From the NCBI GenBank assembly GCA_951406725.2, contig OX597835.1, positions 18,166,001-18,230,000 on the forward strand: 64,000 nt of DNA, read 5' to 3'. The notes beneath the pieces were generated by a model. The model was not told the origin of the DNA, searched no databases, and saw only the letters and a list, made by a program, of their open reading frames with translations. The position numbers were made by a program, and so were the translations under genes. Each line of letters starts with the position of its first letter. Within the stretch, counting starts at the first letter, position 1. The stretch is from Octopus vulgaris (lineage: Eukaryota). Shown piece by piece: positions 1 through 14,340 of this stretch.

Positions 1-235
1 AACACAAAATCGCAGAAATAACAAAAAAGGAAGATAAAGTACAAAAATAAAACAAAGAGGACAAAATGGCGGAAATCTAAAGAAAAAAAAACTTTGTAAC
101 AAGAAGTAATCAAATATCTCTTTTATCAAATTCTGGTTATTTAAAAATAATTATTATTCATTATATGTATAAATACAGATAGACGTGTATATATATGTGT
201 GGTGCGGGTAGGCGTGGGAGTCTATACGTACATAT

Positions 236-353
<118 letters not shown>

Positions 354-567
354 TAATATATGAGTATATGTGTGCGAGTGTGTGTATGGGTCTCTGTACG
401 TGCGTATGTATGTGTTTTCTCGAGACACAGCCATCTACATACATATATATCTATGTGTATGTTGTGATATATTTTTGCATATGTCTATGTACGTCTTTAC
501 CTTTAAAGAAACATATATTGATATACACGCACATACATATGCATATACGTGGGTATACATACATACA

Positions 568-645
<78 letters not shown>

Positions 646-844
646 TTCTTTAGGGGAGTTAAAACATTTTTTGAGACATACATTTAGAATAAGAAAACAC
701 ATAAGCGTATTATATCCAGAAAAGAACTTCGTGTTTGTGTTTGTGTGTGTAGATCACTGGTCTTTCAATAATTGGTTTGGAAGTCTGGAGATTCCATTCT
801 TTTTTTTATAACGAGGTTTATAAATAAATAAGAATTATTTTAAC

Positions 845-1060
845 TCTAGGCACAATAGCCTTGAAAATTTGGAGCTGGGGGAGGATAGTTGATTGCATCG
901 ACATGAATACCAGTGCATAACTGGTATTCATTTCATCGACCCGGAAAGTATGAAAGGTAAACTCGAGCTCGGCAGAATTTGAATACATAACGAAGCAGAA
1001 GACGAAATGGCGCTAAACATTTCGCCCAACACCCGAACGTCTCTTCAACCTCACCGCCTT
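845..1060 (-). mobile_element. SINE family A, diverged copy (tail type 1)
   Basis: Reverse complement matches the AAGGCGGCGAGCTGGCAGAA head and GCCTTTCATCCTTTCGGGGTCGATAAA...GTACCAG body of the cleaner copies at 47518 and 59699. Confidence 0.8.
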
Positions 1061-1322
1061 ATAAGTATGTCATTCTGCTAGGTGACGGTTTCGTAGGTCA
1101 GGGTGTTTAGATTGCGATACATGTGTGTGTGTGTGTGTGTGTATAAATATATATAAAATAGGAGAACAAGCAAGGGTCGAAGTAAGATGCAAGAATGATA
1201 AGATATGAGATCCCAGCACCTGCAAAGATAAGCCAAAAGTATGATGTGTAAAATTACAACATACAGGTGGTGCTCCAGTATGACCGAACCTGGATTGCTG
1301 CAACGAATAAATGGATAAAAGA

Positions 1323-1398
<76 letters not shown>

Positions 1399-1402
1399 AC
1401 AT

Positions 1403-1487
<85 letters not shown>

Positions 1488-1768
1488 CAGAGAGAGGAGA
1501 GAGAGAAATTTATTATGGGTTTATAGGATATGATATCCTGGCGGTTACCGTTTTCCACTTTGTACGGTTTAAGATGCTGGCTTACCAGGAAGGCCTTTTT
1601 GTGACACCCGAGTTACTAACTAAGTTGCTAGACTCTGGTATCTATTGTACCCTGGTAAATCAGAGTGCCCTATTCAGGACTTCATATTTTCCATAGAATA
1701 TTTAATAGTGTTTATAATGATGAGGAGAAAGATTTTTCACATCCATACTTTTATAAAAGAGATAATTA

Positions 1769-2001
1769 GAGCATCCTGTTATGGACCTAAGCGCATTTAA
1801 ACTGCATCGTCAGCACGCTATTGGATATGCAACTTGATATGCTATCATGGTCGGTGTAGTTTCATAGAAGTTCTGGTTTCCTGCCGTTTGGAAATGAAGC
1901 TGAAAGAATCAGCAAACTGCAACGACCATGTCACTAGGTTGCATATCTAACGGTGTGCAGTCGATGCAGTTGAAACGCGCTTAGGTCAATAAACGAATGC
2001 T
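1769..2001. repeat. Imperfect inverted repeat, MITE-like (~90 bp arms)
   Basis: agcatcctgttatggacctaagcgcatttaaactgcatcg... is mirrored by ...cgatgcagttgaaacgcgcttaggtcaataaacgaatgct. Confidence 0.7.
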
Positions 2002-2098
2002 GAAAATAACCATTTAATGAAATTATGAATGTGAAAAATTATCGTTTTCCTTATCATCATCAATATTTGCATGCATACATACAAAGATACATATGTAC

Positions 2099-2162
<64 letters not shown>

Positions 2163-2343
2163 ACGTATACGTATTTCTATATCTGTCTATCTATCTATCT
2201 ATATATATATATATATATATTATTGATGACGACGCACTTTTATGTCTACTTGCTACAAATTAGAGCTAAAACTCACGCAACAATATTAATATCTATATAA
2301 ATATCCAATCTATAATATTTGCTGCTGATTATACATACATACA

Positions 2344-2405
<62 letters not shown>

Positions 2406-2432
2406 ATATTATATATGTATGGAAATGAAACT

Positions 2433-2542
2433 GTATACACCGATAAGTATACATAATTGTAAACGTAAATACAAGTCTATATATTTATATATATACACTT
2501 GTATTTACGTTTACAATTATGTATACCTGTCGGTGTAAATAC
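2433..2542. repeat. Near-perfect hairpin with TA-rich loop
   Basis: gtatacataattgtaaacgtaaatacaagt and acttgtatttacgtttacaattatgtatac are exact reverse complements, with further imperfect pairing outward. Confidence 0.9.
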
Positions 2543-3479
2543 GTTTGCGATTGTGCGTGCAAATGCGTATGTTAGGGCGATTGTATGTATTTGTGAATGT
2601 GTGTTGGTATATTGATTTAACAAAAATAAATGAGACTTGCACAACAATACTCTTGTCTGATGCCTCGAATAAGCAAAACAAATATATTTGTTTCTTATTT
2701 TAGAAATTGATTTTCGTCAACAACAAAATCAATCACAACAACCACAAGAAGGAGAACACAAACAACAACATTATAAACAACAGTCACAAGAACAATAACT
2801 ACATGAACAAGAACAAGAACAACAACAAAGACAAAAAGAAGAAAGTCTTTACTATCCTAAGATAAAGTCTTAATATTCCATGACGTTGTGTCTAAATGTT
2901 TGCAATAATTAAACGATTCTTTCATACACTTTCCCTCATTCTATGATTCTATGATTCTCATTCTCTCATTCGAATATTCTGTTCGCAGTAATGTAGACAC
3001 GGCCTCATTGCTGTGTCGATATTAACGATCTGTGTTTGCCCCAAAATGAACTGAGAGTTGAGGAATTTATAACTTACAAGAAGGGCCAAAAATGGAGCAT
3101 GTGCCATCGAGGGAATCCTTAGATCTAAATTCTATAACGTAGGAAGATTGGACATTTTAAGAATCTCTAGGTTTGGGTAAGCACATGTAGGTGTTTGCAA
3201 GAATGGATTTTTTATTCGTTTATATGTCTAGAGTGGAGGGACTAAATGTTGTGGCTAAACTGCAAACACAAAACAAATTAATACAAAAAAAACAGCAGCT
3301 GCTTCTACGGTAACATCAACAACAACCTCAAAACACCTCGTAAAACTCAATCTCAGAAACGACAAGTTCACTCGCCATCACTACTACCATCATCAACACC
3401 ACCAAAACAAATGCAACGCGAAGAACAAAAAAATCTTATGCAAGGAGAATAACAACTGCAACAAGCATATCAAGATCTA

Positions 3480-3813
3480 AAACCACAACCACCAGCACCA
3501 CCAACACAACCACCAGCACCACCACCAACATCACCACCAGCACCACCACCACCATCAAAGCCACCACCACCAACAACAACACCACCACCAACATCACCAC
3601 CAATACCACCAGCACCACCAGCACCACCACCAACACTACCACCACCACCACCACCACCTCCACCACCACCACGACTACCACCACCAACACCAACACCAAA
3701 GCCACCACCAACACCACCACCAACATCACCACCAACACCATTACCACTTCCAATCAGTTAAGATCAGAAACCATGAGAGCCACTGCCTGGTGTTGCATCA
3801 GGGCATTTTATTA

Positions 3814-3898
<85 letters not shown>

Positions 3899-3905
3899 CA
3901 TCATC

Positions 3906-3941
<36 letters not shown>

Positions 3942-3951
3942 GTTATTATTA

Positions 3952-3991
<40 letters not shown>

Positions 3992-3992
3992 G

Positions 3993-4037
<45 letters not shown>

Positions 4038-4040
4038 TAT
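3480..4040. repeat. Compound (ACC)n and (ATT)n microsatellites flanking a ~60 bp terminal fragment of repeat family D
   Basis: 3745-3805 matches 36259-36318 (caatcagttaagatcagaaaccatgag...gcatcaggg). Confidence 0.85.
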
Positions 4041-4879
4041 CATTTAGAAAGATATATACGACGGGAAACCTGCCTACAGCGTACAGATGTAAAGAACATC
4101 ATGAAATAGAAATAGAGAAGAATCATCGAAGAATGTTTAAGACAGATGGACAGATAGATACATAGGTAGATACATACATACATACATGCATAAATACATA
4201 CATACATACATACATACATACATACATACATACATACATACATACATACATACATACATACATACATACATACATACATACATAGAGAGTGGGAGAGAGA
4301 GAAAGTGAGAGTGAGATACAGAGAGAGAGTGAGAGAGAGAGAGAAATCCCTTTCTTTCATTCTTTCTCTAAGACATCAAGTATAGGAAACTATATATTTC
4401 AGAATGTAATTAGAATCTGAGTTCTTGCACATTCTATAAATTAATATAAGGTTTCATTTCTGATTATGTTTCCACTAAGAAAATATATCAATAGGGATCC
4501 GGCGTTGAATTTCTATTTTAATGAACCTGCACCCAGGATTTATATAATAAACATTTCTAGTTTTTCCAAGATATGTCTTCTTGAGTATAACATTGTTATA
4601 AAGAAAATATCTATCGCAGATAGAGTCACAAGGGGGAAGCATCTGTGATCTGTGATCGCTCCAAATTTAGCATGGAGGAGTTAAATCTTGTTCAGCTGTT
4701 ATGTTAGTCTTGAACGAATAAAATGACAGTGATAATGTAATTATACAAAGCTGAGATGGTCATGGTTAGAATGTCTCTGATCACATGAACCTGTTGGGTT
4801 AGACCTGGCTGGTGACATAAGACTGAAACAACAACCACGTTGCGGATAATCTTTTAATCTTCCTTTGAATATCTAATAT

Positions 4880-5132
4880 AGTAGATGGCAGAATCGTTAA
4901 CGCACCTGCATTACGTCCGTCATTCACTTCTGGGTTCAAATTCCCCCGCATTCGAATTTGCCTTTTATCCTTTCGGTGTCGATAAAATAGGTTTCAGTTG
5001 AGTTCTGGTGTTAATGTAATCGATATATACCAGTCCCCATAGCTCGCTGCCAATCACTTCAGTATTGGAGTCGATGTAATCAACATATCCACTCCTACGA
5101 AATTGCTGGTCTTTTGCCAAAATTGGAAACTA
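4880..5132 (+). mobile_element. SINE family A, old diverged copy
   Basis: tggcagaatcgttaacgcac head, gccttttatcctttcggtgtcgataaaat body, gaaattgctggtcttttgccaaaattggaaac tail. Confidence 0.65.
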
Positions 5133-5133
5133 A

Positions 5134-5531
5134 TCTTTATATATAAATGTGAGGTTGTGTGCTGTCTGTCTCCTACGATTTAGATTCCTAACTACTCCCA
5201 CATTTTGCGGTGCAGTTTAACAAAAACCGCGTATCTTATAGTCGTGATTCATATCGAGCCCTTCTGGGTATTAACGCGCGTCTACGATGAGTCTACGATT
5301 TAAAAAAATATTTACCATCAATTTTTCCCATTTTTAATGCATTTTTGGCATATATAAGGGAAGTAACTCTCTAAAAATTTATTATTAAATCTCAGAACGT
5401 AAAAAGCTACAGTAACACCACCTCCCTTTGTGGTTAGCCATATTGAGATGGTTATTATACTCTACATCTCTAAAAATGCTTATATAGTTATTTCCCTTAC
5501 AAACCCGAGCAACGCCGGGCGATACTGCTAG
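5134..5531 (+). mobile_element. Non-autonomous Helitron
   Basis: 5' TC and 3' CTAG, subterminal hairpin CCCGAGCAACGCCGGG, inserted between A and T with no TSD; near-identical second copy at 52281-52668. Confidence 0.9.
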
Positions 5532-7098
5532 TACTTAATATATTTGTGTCAATATTATTGGGGTTATTTATTTCTAGCTCCAGAAACCTTTCTGGGCCTA
5601 CCAGTCTAACCACAGCTCTCCTTTAGTTGGCTGTTTTTCCTCCTTGAAGACTACATTATAAACTGTGTCCTCTCCTTTCATATCACAATAGGATGTGATG
5701 TAACGAAGATTTCGCTGCTGTGTGTAGCATTAAATATAATTTCACATAGAGACGTCAGTTTCATGCAACTATATTCACCAAAAATAACACAAACATTGAA
5801 AGGTATGTGAGAAACAAGGAAAACTAAATCTAATCAACCGAATTTTAAAATCTGCAATTGATGATGCTAATATTTACCTGGACATTGACCAAATCATATT
5901 TGTAATGAAATCTATCCTAACTGTATCCATGATCCAAGTTTTGCTTCAGCCACAGTATATCTTGGTCTACATAACCTGATGGATCTATTGTTTTATAGAA
6001 AAAAGGAAGTAGATTGTGGTATGTTTCGGTGTTATTTATAACTCGTCAGTCAGCTTTATGATAAAGTTAAGATTAGTGTTAGGGTTACGGTTAGTTATGC
6101 AATGTATTATGTCAGGCATAGTCCATCTAGGACTATATTACGCAACGAGTCAATACATTTATACATAAGTATGGTGCCCTTTGAATTAAATTTTGGGGAT
6201 ATTTCTAGTTCATCGGCAAGCTTTGTTATGACACATGCGCATCGTGATTTTACTTCGGACATAGTAAACCGTGGACTACATAATACAACGAGTCTTCTAT
6301 CCATCAGCAAACTAGGATTCAACATCCGAGAGATTTTGCTGCTATTTCTAGTATACCGATTGGCAGTATAATGAAGACATCGCTGGATCGATGAATAAAT
6401 ATAGAAATATGTTATATGTACTAGGAATTCTATAATGAAGTTTGTATTAAGTTGCGGTATGAGAATGTGAAGAGGAAGAAAGAGAGGAGAAAATGGTAAG
6501 TAATGGTTTTTGTCTCAATGACAAGATTCTGGTAAAAGAGTTAGTATATTCATTGATATTCATAGAACGTGTGGTTTTACTTAAATATAATCGAATATTT
6601 TACATATTTATGAAAGTTCTAAATCAATCATTACCATTGAACAGAGAGAAAAATATGTTGTTCAATCTCATGTTTCAAAAGGAGAAAATAACCACAACCA
6701 CAACAACAACAATAACAACAACAATAATGACACCAGTAATATATGAACAACAACAATAATAACGACAACAACAAGCTGTTTTGTAAAAACCGACTCATAA
6801 TTTTTCTAATTGCTTTACAAGTGAAATGGGTTAGACAGAATAATAGAGTAGCACATGAATACACTTGTATACAAATGTCTTTATACATTCATGTGTGTAC
6901 ACAACCGAATTTATAAATGTATTCACCGTTACAGACATACGTACATACATGGGTAAATACATGCCTACATACCTACATACATGCATACATGTATATATAC
7001 GCACATATATATGGATATCTATATGTATAAATAAATATATATATATATATATGTATCAATATACATACACACACACATATATATATATATATGGACAA

Positions 7099-7170
<72 letters not shown>

Positions 7171-7276
7171 GTATATATATGCATATATAAACATAGAGAT
7201 GTAGAGACAGATACAAATACATTCATACATAAATGCTTACATTTATAAATACACATATAAATATATATATGTGTAT

Positions 7277-7351
<75 letters not shown>

Positions 7352-7879
7352 CATACATACAGAAAAGGAGTGTGTGAGAGAGAAAAAGAGAGAGAAATTG
7401 TGAGAGATAGAGAGAGATAATTACGTACATAGACACGTACATACCAAACACAAGCGACGTATACAAATACTCTCTTTTCTTAAGATTTGAATTCATAATC
7501 AAGTCTGAAAGAATTAAGTATTATTCTTAATGCAAGAAACAAAATAATGCCTATCCAATTACAAACATCAAACTTCTTGCCGCTGAATCGACATATTTAT
7601 ATAATGAATACGTTTTAATTCAGTTTGAATACTCATTTGAAACATGCATATATTTATACAGTGATACAGTAATTGCTAATAAATTCAGTCTTAGAAGAAG
7701 CAGCCGCTATATTGCATGCACTTTTATATGTGAATATATCCATCTTTTAAACGTGAATAATACACCCATCTATCATATTCTAGGCGATTGCTGTTGTCTT
7801 TGTGACTTTCGAAAAGATTTTTTCCATGTATAAACTGATTTTATGATTTTTATTTTAGCCACTGTTTCAGTGAATTGCT

Positions 7880-7906
7880 TTATTATTATTATTATTATTT
7901 TTATTA

Positions 7907-7956
<50 letters not shown>

Positions 7957-7993
7957 GCTATTATTATTATCATCATTATTATCATCATCATCA

Positions 7994-8048
<55 letters not shown>

Positions 8049-8071
8049 CATTATTACTATTATTATTACTC

Positions 8072-8108
<37 letters not shown>

Positions 8109-8117
8109 TACTATTAC

Positions 8118-8172
<55 letters not shown>
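7880..8172. repeat. (ATT)n/(ATC)n microsatellite
   Basis: Direct inspection; source of the poly-I/Y/L ORFs. Confidence 0.95.
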
Positions 8173-8306
8173 TCTTTTGCGTTTTCTTTCATTGGAGTAA
8201 TAATAGCCTTCTCTGGCGTGTCCCTATGCTTGTTTGTACACCTGTCTGTCCGTCTATCCAAATATATGTCTCTGTCTACATATTAATATATATATATATA
8301 TATATA

Positions 8307-8470
8307 AGGTGAAAGGTAATTAATTTAATAAAATCAACAAATTTCATCTTGTAGTATTTCGGTATGGAAACGGACCATATTCGGTAAAAACTTATATAAT
8401 TATAACAATAAGGTTTTGCAACAATTTGCATGACCACATACCGAATATTTTAGAAATAGCAGCTAAAGGA
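8307..8470. mobile_element. (TA)n-adjacent dispersed repeat, Penelope terminal-repeat-like; related to 39641-39822
   Basis: Shares ggtgaaa...taattaatt...aatttca...gtag...ttcggtatg start and gcaac-atttgc...accacataccgaat...tagaaatagcag with the 39.6 kb copy. Confidence 0.55.
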
Positions 8471-8823
8471 CTACTATTTCTTTTTCTACAAAAATATGTC
8501 TCCATAGACAACAATATTTGCAACTCACATGTGGCAAAAAAAAGAAGAAAAATAATGAAATCAAACAGTCCTCGGTTAATTATGGACGTACGTTTCTGGA
8601 TTGGAATCATAAGATTCATTTCCTTCATCGACATAATATTCCGGTAAATAAATCTAGAAATGCTAGGAAAACTTACCCCTTATATTTCAGACAAAACGTC
8701 ACCGGAACATATAAAAGCTAATCAACACATACACATTTACATAGACAAGTGAATTCGTATTTCCCTCCAAAATTTATTATACCACGTGAGCTACAATTAG
8801 TACTGCCGGAAAAAGATTCGTAC

Positions 8824-8884
<61 letters not shown>

Positions 8885-8886
8885 TA

Positions 8887-9401
8887 TTAGGGAATAAATC
8901 CAAACTTACAGGGAAAAATCAGATTTAGGATTGAATCTAATTTTATAGTAAAATATTATATTATATTAAATTAGAGATAAAACCACTATTAGGCAAATCA
9001 AACAATGAAAAACTTAAGCCAATACATAAAATTAATTAATTTATATTATTTTAAATATATATCAAAAGTATTAAAAGTTTAATAAAAGATAATGAGTAAA
9101 ACACTACGATCGTTTATGGCTGTCCAATTCGTAATAATTCGAGTTATGGTTAGAGTCAATCTTCAGGTGATTGAAATATTTATCTTAGCGAGGTTCAGCA
9201 ATGAACTCATAACTGTAACCATAACTCGAATTATTACGAATTGGACAGCCATGAAACGATGGTAGTGTTTTACTCATTATCTTTTATTAAAATTTTAATA
9301 CTTTTGATATATATTTAAAATAATATAAATTAATTAATTTTATGTATTGGCTTAAGTTTTTCATTGTTTGATTTACCTAATAGTGGTTTTATCTCTAATT
9401 T

Positions 9402-9405
<4 letters not shown>
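8887..9405 (-). mobile_element. Fold-back element with ~190 bp inverted arms (8964-9152 / 9216-9405) in (TA)n; Penelope-like terminal repeat
   Basis: Arms nearly identical reverse complements; (TA)n on both flanks; hammerhead-like motif inside. Confidence 0.8.
9102..9169 (-). ncRNA. Type I hammerhead ribozyme motif (damaged in this copy)
   Basis: Minus strand CAC-CTGAAGA-T-TGACT...AGCCA-T-[G]AA-ACGATCGT-A-GTG; G12 is deleted in this arm but present in the mirror arm (agccatgaaacgatggtagtg). Confidence 0.6.
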
Positions 9406-9461
<56 letters not shown>

Positions 9462-10490
9462 TTGTATAATATAGGTATCTATTTCTGTCTCTCTGTCTCT
9501 GTCTCTGTCTCTATCTGTCTCTCTTTCAATATATATATATATATGTGTGTGTGTATAAATACATATATTTAATTATATACATGGAGTGAGAGTAAGTGAG
9601 AGGTTGAAAACGTCATTGAGAGTGGTATTAGAATAAAGAGGTTAAGATTTGAAAGTTATAGAATTAAACACGGAACAGGATGTATAGAAGGAACCGAACG
9701 CTATAGAATTTGTCGTAGCCTCTCATTACAGCTAAGGTATCAGACGGAAGAATATACATCACCACTTGAGCTGCTAAAAACCGCGTTCAAACATATTTAC
9801 ATTAAAAATTATATTCGTAATTTTACTTTCTTTTAAAAATATACTACACATAAAATTTAAAAACAAAAATGTAAAAAAATAAATAAGCAGTAAAAATTGC
9901 TGATCAACATGGCTAGTTGTTCTTTGATCATTGGTTTGCTTGATCAGAGATGACCTGAGATCAATCACCGGAGACAACTACAACAGCAGCAGAAACTACA
10001 AAAACAGCAACAACAGTTGGTAGTCTATGCGCGTGTAATAGATTATTACATATAAAAATAGACTGGACAGTCACATGTAGACTGTTTGATCATAATTTTG
10101 CTCAACCAGGAATGACCTGGGAGCAATGAAACGGAGAAGACGAAAAACAAATACAACAACAATTATTTATAGATGCACAGTAATTAATTAATGATGTTCA
10201 TTTCATCAGATTAACTAATGTGACCTTTGACACCCATTGGTCAGCCGAATAACGCTATTTCAATCAACTCTTGGTTAAAGTCGTTTGGCCAGTCGAGAAA
10301 AGCCAGACATGAAATAAACAATTTAACAGGAATTTAAATTAGACAGAACGTGATAATGAGTTAGAAGTACAGGAAGTAGTTACATGCAAGCACTGGGTAC
10401 CAACTGGTTTCTTAACTCGTTCGGATAAAGTGAAATACGAAAGGTTACAATGGTGAATGGATCGACACGTATTCAAGAAAGTTGGGTTAT

Positions 10491-10876
10491 ATGGATGGAA
10501 GCACTCCGTCGGTTACGACGATGAGGGTTCCGGTTGATCCGAATCAACGGAACAGCCTGCTCGTGAAATTAACGTGTAAGTGGCTGAGCACTCCACAGAC
10601 ACGTGCACCCTTAACATAGTTCTCGGGGATATTCAGCGTGACACAGAGAGTGACAAGGCCGGCCCCTTGAAATACAGGTACAACAGAAACAAGAAGAAAG
10701 AGTGAGAGAAAGTTGTGGTGAAAGAGTACAGCAGGGATCACCACCATCCCTTGCTGGCTAATTGAGCTTTTAAGTGTTTTCGCTCAATAAACACTCACAA
10801 CGCCCGGTCTGGGAATCGAAACCGCGATCCTATGACCACGAGTCCGCTGCCCTAACCACTGGGCCATTGCGCCTCC
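10491..10876 (-). mobile_element. tRNA-derived SINE family B, tail B1
   Basis: Head GGAGGCGCAATGGCCCAGTGGTTAGGG (A box)...GGTTTCGATTCCC (B box); highly similar to 14341-14727; ends (TCCA)n-like. Confidence 0.9.
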
Positions 10877-11183
10877 ACGGGTTATATGCTTACAATATGT
10901 ATACCTACATGCACACATTCATATGAAAACATGGATGATATAAACACATAGATTCACATAACTGCAAATTACACACACACATATGATTATACACACACGT
11001 ACGGCTACATACCTATATACACGTATATATTATTTCGTTAAGCGTATGTATGGTGAGGTTATGGTACATGTGTAAAAAACATATACATATATAAAAATAT
11101 ATATGCGTTTACATATTATATATATATATATATATATTATACTATATATATTTATATAAATATAAGCATATGTATGTGTGTAT

Positions 11184-11255
<72 letters not shown>

Positions 11256-11971
11256 ACATCTATCTATCTATCAATCTATCTATCTATACATCTATCTATC
11301 TTTCTATCTGTCTAGTTTTCTATCTCTCTCTTTCTCCCTATCTATCTATCCTTGTATCTATGTATATTATACATATTATACGTTATATATATTATACATA
11401 TCTCTCTCTATATATATATATTTATACAGGCATGCATGCTTACATATATATGATATATATTTATACATGTGTGTGTATGTATACATATATACATACATAC
11501 ATATACCCATCCATCCATCCACCCCCATCCCCCCATCCATCCATCCATCCATCCATCCATCCATCCATCCATCCATCCATCCATCCATCCATACATACAT
11601 ACATACATACATACATACATACATACATACGTATACACACGTAATCTTCCTCGTACTATTCTCAAGTTACAAATGAGATTAAATACACAGTTTACCTCAC
11701 TAAAACAGTTCAAACAACTTACTTAAATAACCCTATTGTAAATACTACAGTTCTTTGAAAACGGTAATCTAATTCGAGACAGACGAAATGAAAGAATCTT
11801 CCTGTACTCATTGGCTTTCAGTGCTTCATTCTTTCGGTATGTCGATAAATATATAAGAAAGAAGGAAAACAAGATGCATCGTAATAGACGAACCAGATGA
11901 AAATGAGATGAGCTTGTATTACTATGGGCTTATTGTGAACATACACACCCAGCATGTGTATATATATTTTT

Positions 11972-12033
<62 letters not shown>

Positions 12034-12096
12034 ATGTATATATATATATGTATATACATATATATATATATATATGTATATGTATATATATATATG

Positions 12097-12155
<59 letters not shown>

Positions 12156-12257
12156 GTATATGTATATATATATATGTATATACATATATATATATATATG
12201 GATATATGGATATACACAGGAATATATGTAAACATATGCATATACGTACATACATAC

Positions 12258-12376
<119 letters not shown>

Positions 12377-12616
12377 TATGCATACATACATATATGCATA
12401 TATTTGCACACTTGTATATGCAGCCTCATGAGTGTATATATTTGTACACACACACACATATACACACACACCTGTAAGTCTGTATAACTCTACGTATGCA
12501 TACGTAAACACGACTGCATAGTTTGTTTTAGTATGTTTCGTTATGTGTCTATTTTTCTCTGTGTTTATATATATCCATATGTATACATTTGTGTGTGCGT
12601 AAACCTGTACCTTCTT

Positions 12617-12673
<57 letters not shown>

Positions 12674-13354
12674 CTTCATATATGTGTTAGTATAGATATA
12701 TATGTATATACTTAATCTTACATATATGCTTATATAAATATATGTATATGTTTGTGTGTTGTTGAGCGTGTGTGTATGTATGTATGTATGTGTTTGTGTG
12801 TGTGCTTCCGTTCGTTTTTGTTCGTGGGCGTCTATTTATACGTGCGTATTTGTCGTACTGACGACCGCCAAATTATTCAGTTTTATATTTATATCTTCAT
12901 ACACGCTTATCGTACAGATCAGCGCTAGCTCTAACGTAAGAGACACCATTTCAACCTAATTTTCGGGCGAATATAAACGCTGACATTTCGTATGTCTATA
13001 ATAAACTGTATTATGTATTTAATTCTAAATGGAAATAGATTAAACACATTTTCTAATCAGGAAATAGTAATGTTCAAAGACAATGGAATTGAACTAATTT
13101 GTTTGAAATTATCATACAAATAATGGTTTTGCCTAATTAAGAAGGAAGGTCTGTAGTGAAAAGTAACAAATGAAACCCTATATTTACTGACAAGAATGAC
13201 TTAACGTTGGATCGTCTGGTTTATGTTCGTGATCCTTTGATTCAAAGTTGAATTATTTTGAGGATTTTGCAAATGTGCATATTCTAGTGTTTGAACCATT
13301 TAATACGTTTCATACTGGATCTCATTTATACTAATATTAAAAAAAAAATATGCT

Positions 13355-13765
13355 GTAAGTTAGTTAGTTAGTTAGTTAATTTTTTGGCTCAAAAGCAAAA
13401 AGCAAGGCCATGTAGGGGGACATGGAGTTAAGTACCGGGTGGTGTTCATGTAAAGAGTTCAGGCCACTTGAGGCCAAGGGAGACTTTGAACAAAGTGGTC
13501 GTCGGCATCTTCACCCTCTCGTCTGGCAGCTTGTTCCACGGATCCGCAACCCAGACGGAGAAAGCTCCTCTCCTTCGATTGAGATGAAATCGTCGCAGGT
13601 AGAGCTTTTCGGAATGACCCCGAAGCCGACGCTCTGGAGCAGGAGTGAAGAACAGCTCTTTCGTGAGGTTACACTTTCCGCTTATGATGTTGTGAGCGAG
13701 AATGAGATCATCACGGCGACGGCGTTTTTCTAGAGAATAAAGGTCGAGCGTCTTCAGCTTAAATA
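13355..13765 (-). mobile_element. 5'-truncated CR1/L2-group LINE 3' end (ORF2 C-terminus, short 3' UTR, (TAAC)n tail)
   Basis: ORF 13446..13811 LDLYSLEKRRRRDDLI...RLRGHSEKL...FSVWVADPWNKLP matches the CR1-type motifs L.L.SLE.RR.R.DLI, RGH..KL and FS.RV...WN.LP; tandem GTTA at 13359-13378. Confidence 0.9.
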
Positions 13766-13916
13766 AAATTTGTATAGTGAGATGTATGCATAAGAGGTTT
13801 CGTAATGTCATTTATGCTAATGAGGGGTGAGCTGACAGATATAATTGTTTGATGTAATCGACTTATCCTCTTCCCGAAATTGTTGGCCTTGTGTCAGAAT
13901 TTGAAAGGGATATTGC

Positions 13917-14311
13917 TTTCTACTCCAAGCACAAGGCCCGAAATTATGGGTGAGAGGGACACCCGATTAGATCGAACCAGTACGCAACTGGTACTTAATT
14001 TATCGACGCCGAGAGAATGAAAGGCGAAGTTGACCTCGGCGGAGTTTGAAGTCAGAAAGTAAAGACAAACGAAATACCTATTTCTTTACTACGCACAAGG
14101 GACTAAACACAGAGAGGACAAACAAGGACAGACAAACGGATTAAGTCGATTATATCGACCCAGTGCATAACTGGTACTCATTTAATAGACCCCGAAAAAA
14201 TGAAAGGCAAAGTTGACCTCGGCGTTATCTGAACACGGAACTTAAAGAAAGACGAAGTACCGATAAGCAGTTCGCCCGGCATGGCTAGCGATTCTGCCAG
14301 CTCGCCGCCTT
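13917..14311 (-). mobile_element. SINE family A dimer (head-body-tail2 + body-tail1)
   Basis: Two bodies in tandem; junction on the element strand AAAGAAATA|GGTATTTCG near 14080. Confidence 0.85.
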
Positions 14312-14340
14312 ATTTGAAAGGCATATTAAATGAACATGTT

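Noticed and set aside
1520-1600. Possible decayed minus-strand hammerhead (GAAAACGG-TAA-CCGCC) after a (TA)n tract
   Set aside because: The core would need several substitutions and stems I and II do not pair convincingly.
6066-6097. Telomere-like TTAGGG tract
   Set aside because: Only one exact unit among degenerate hexamers.
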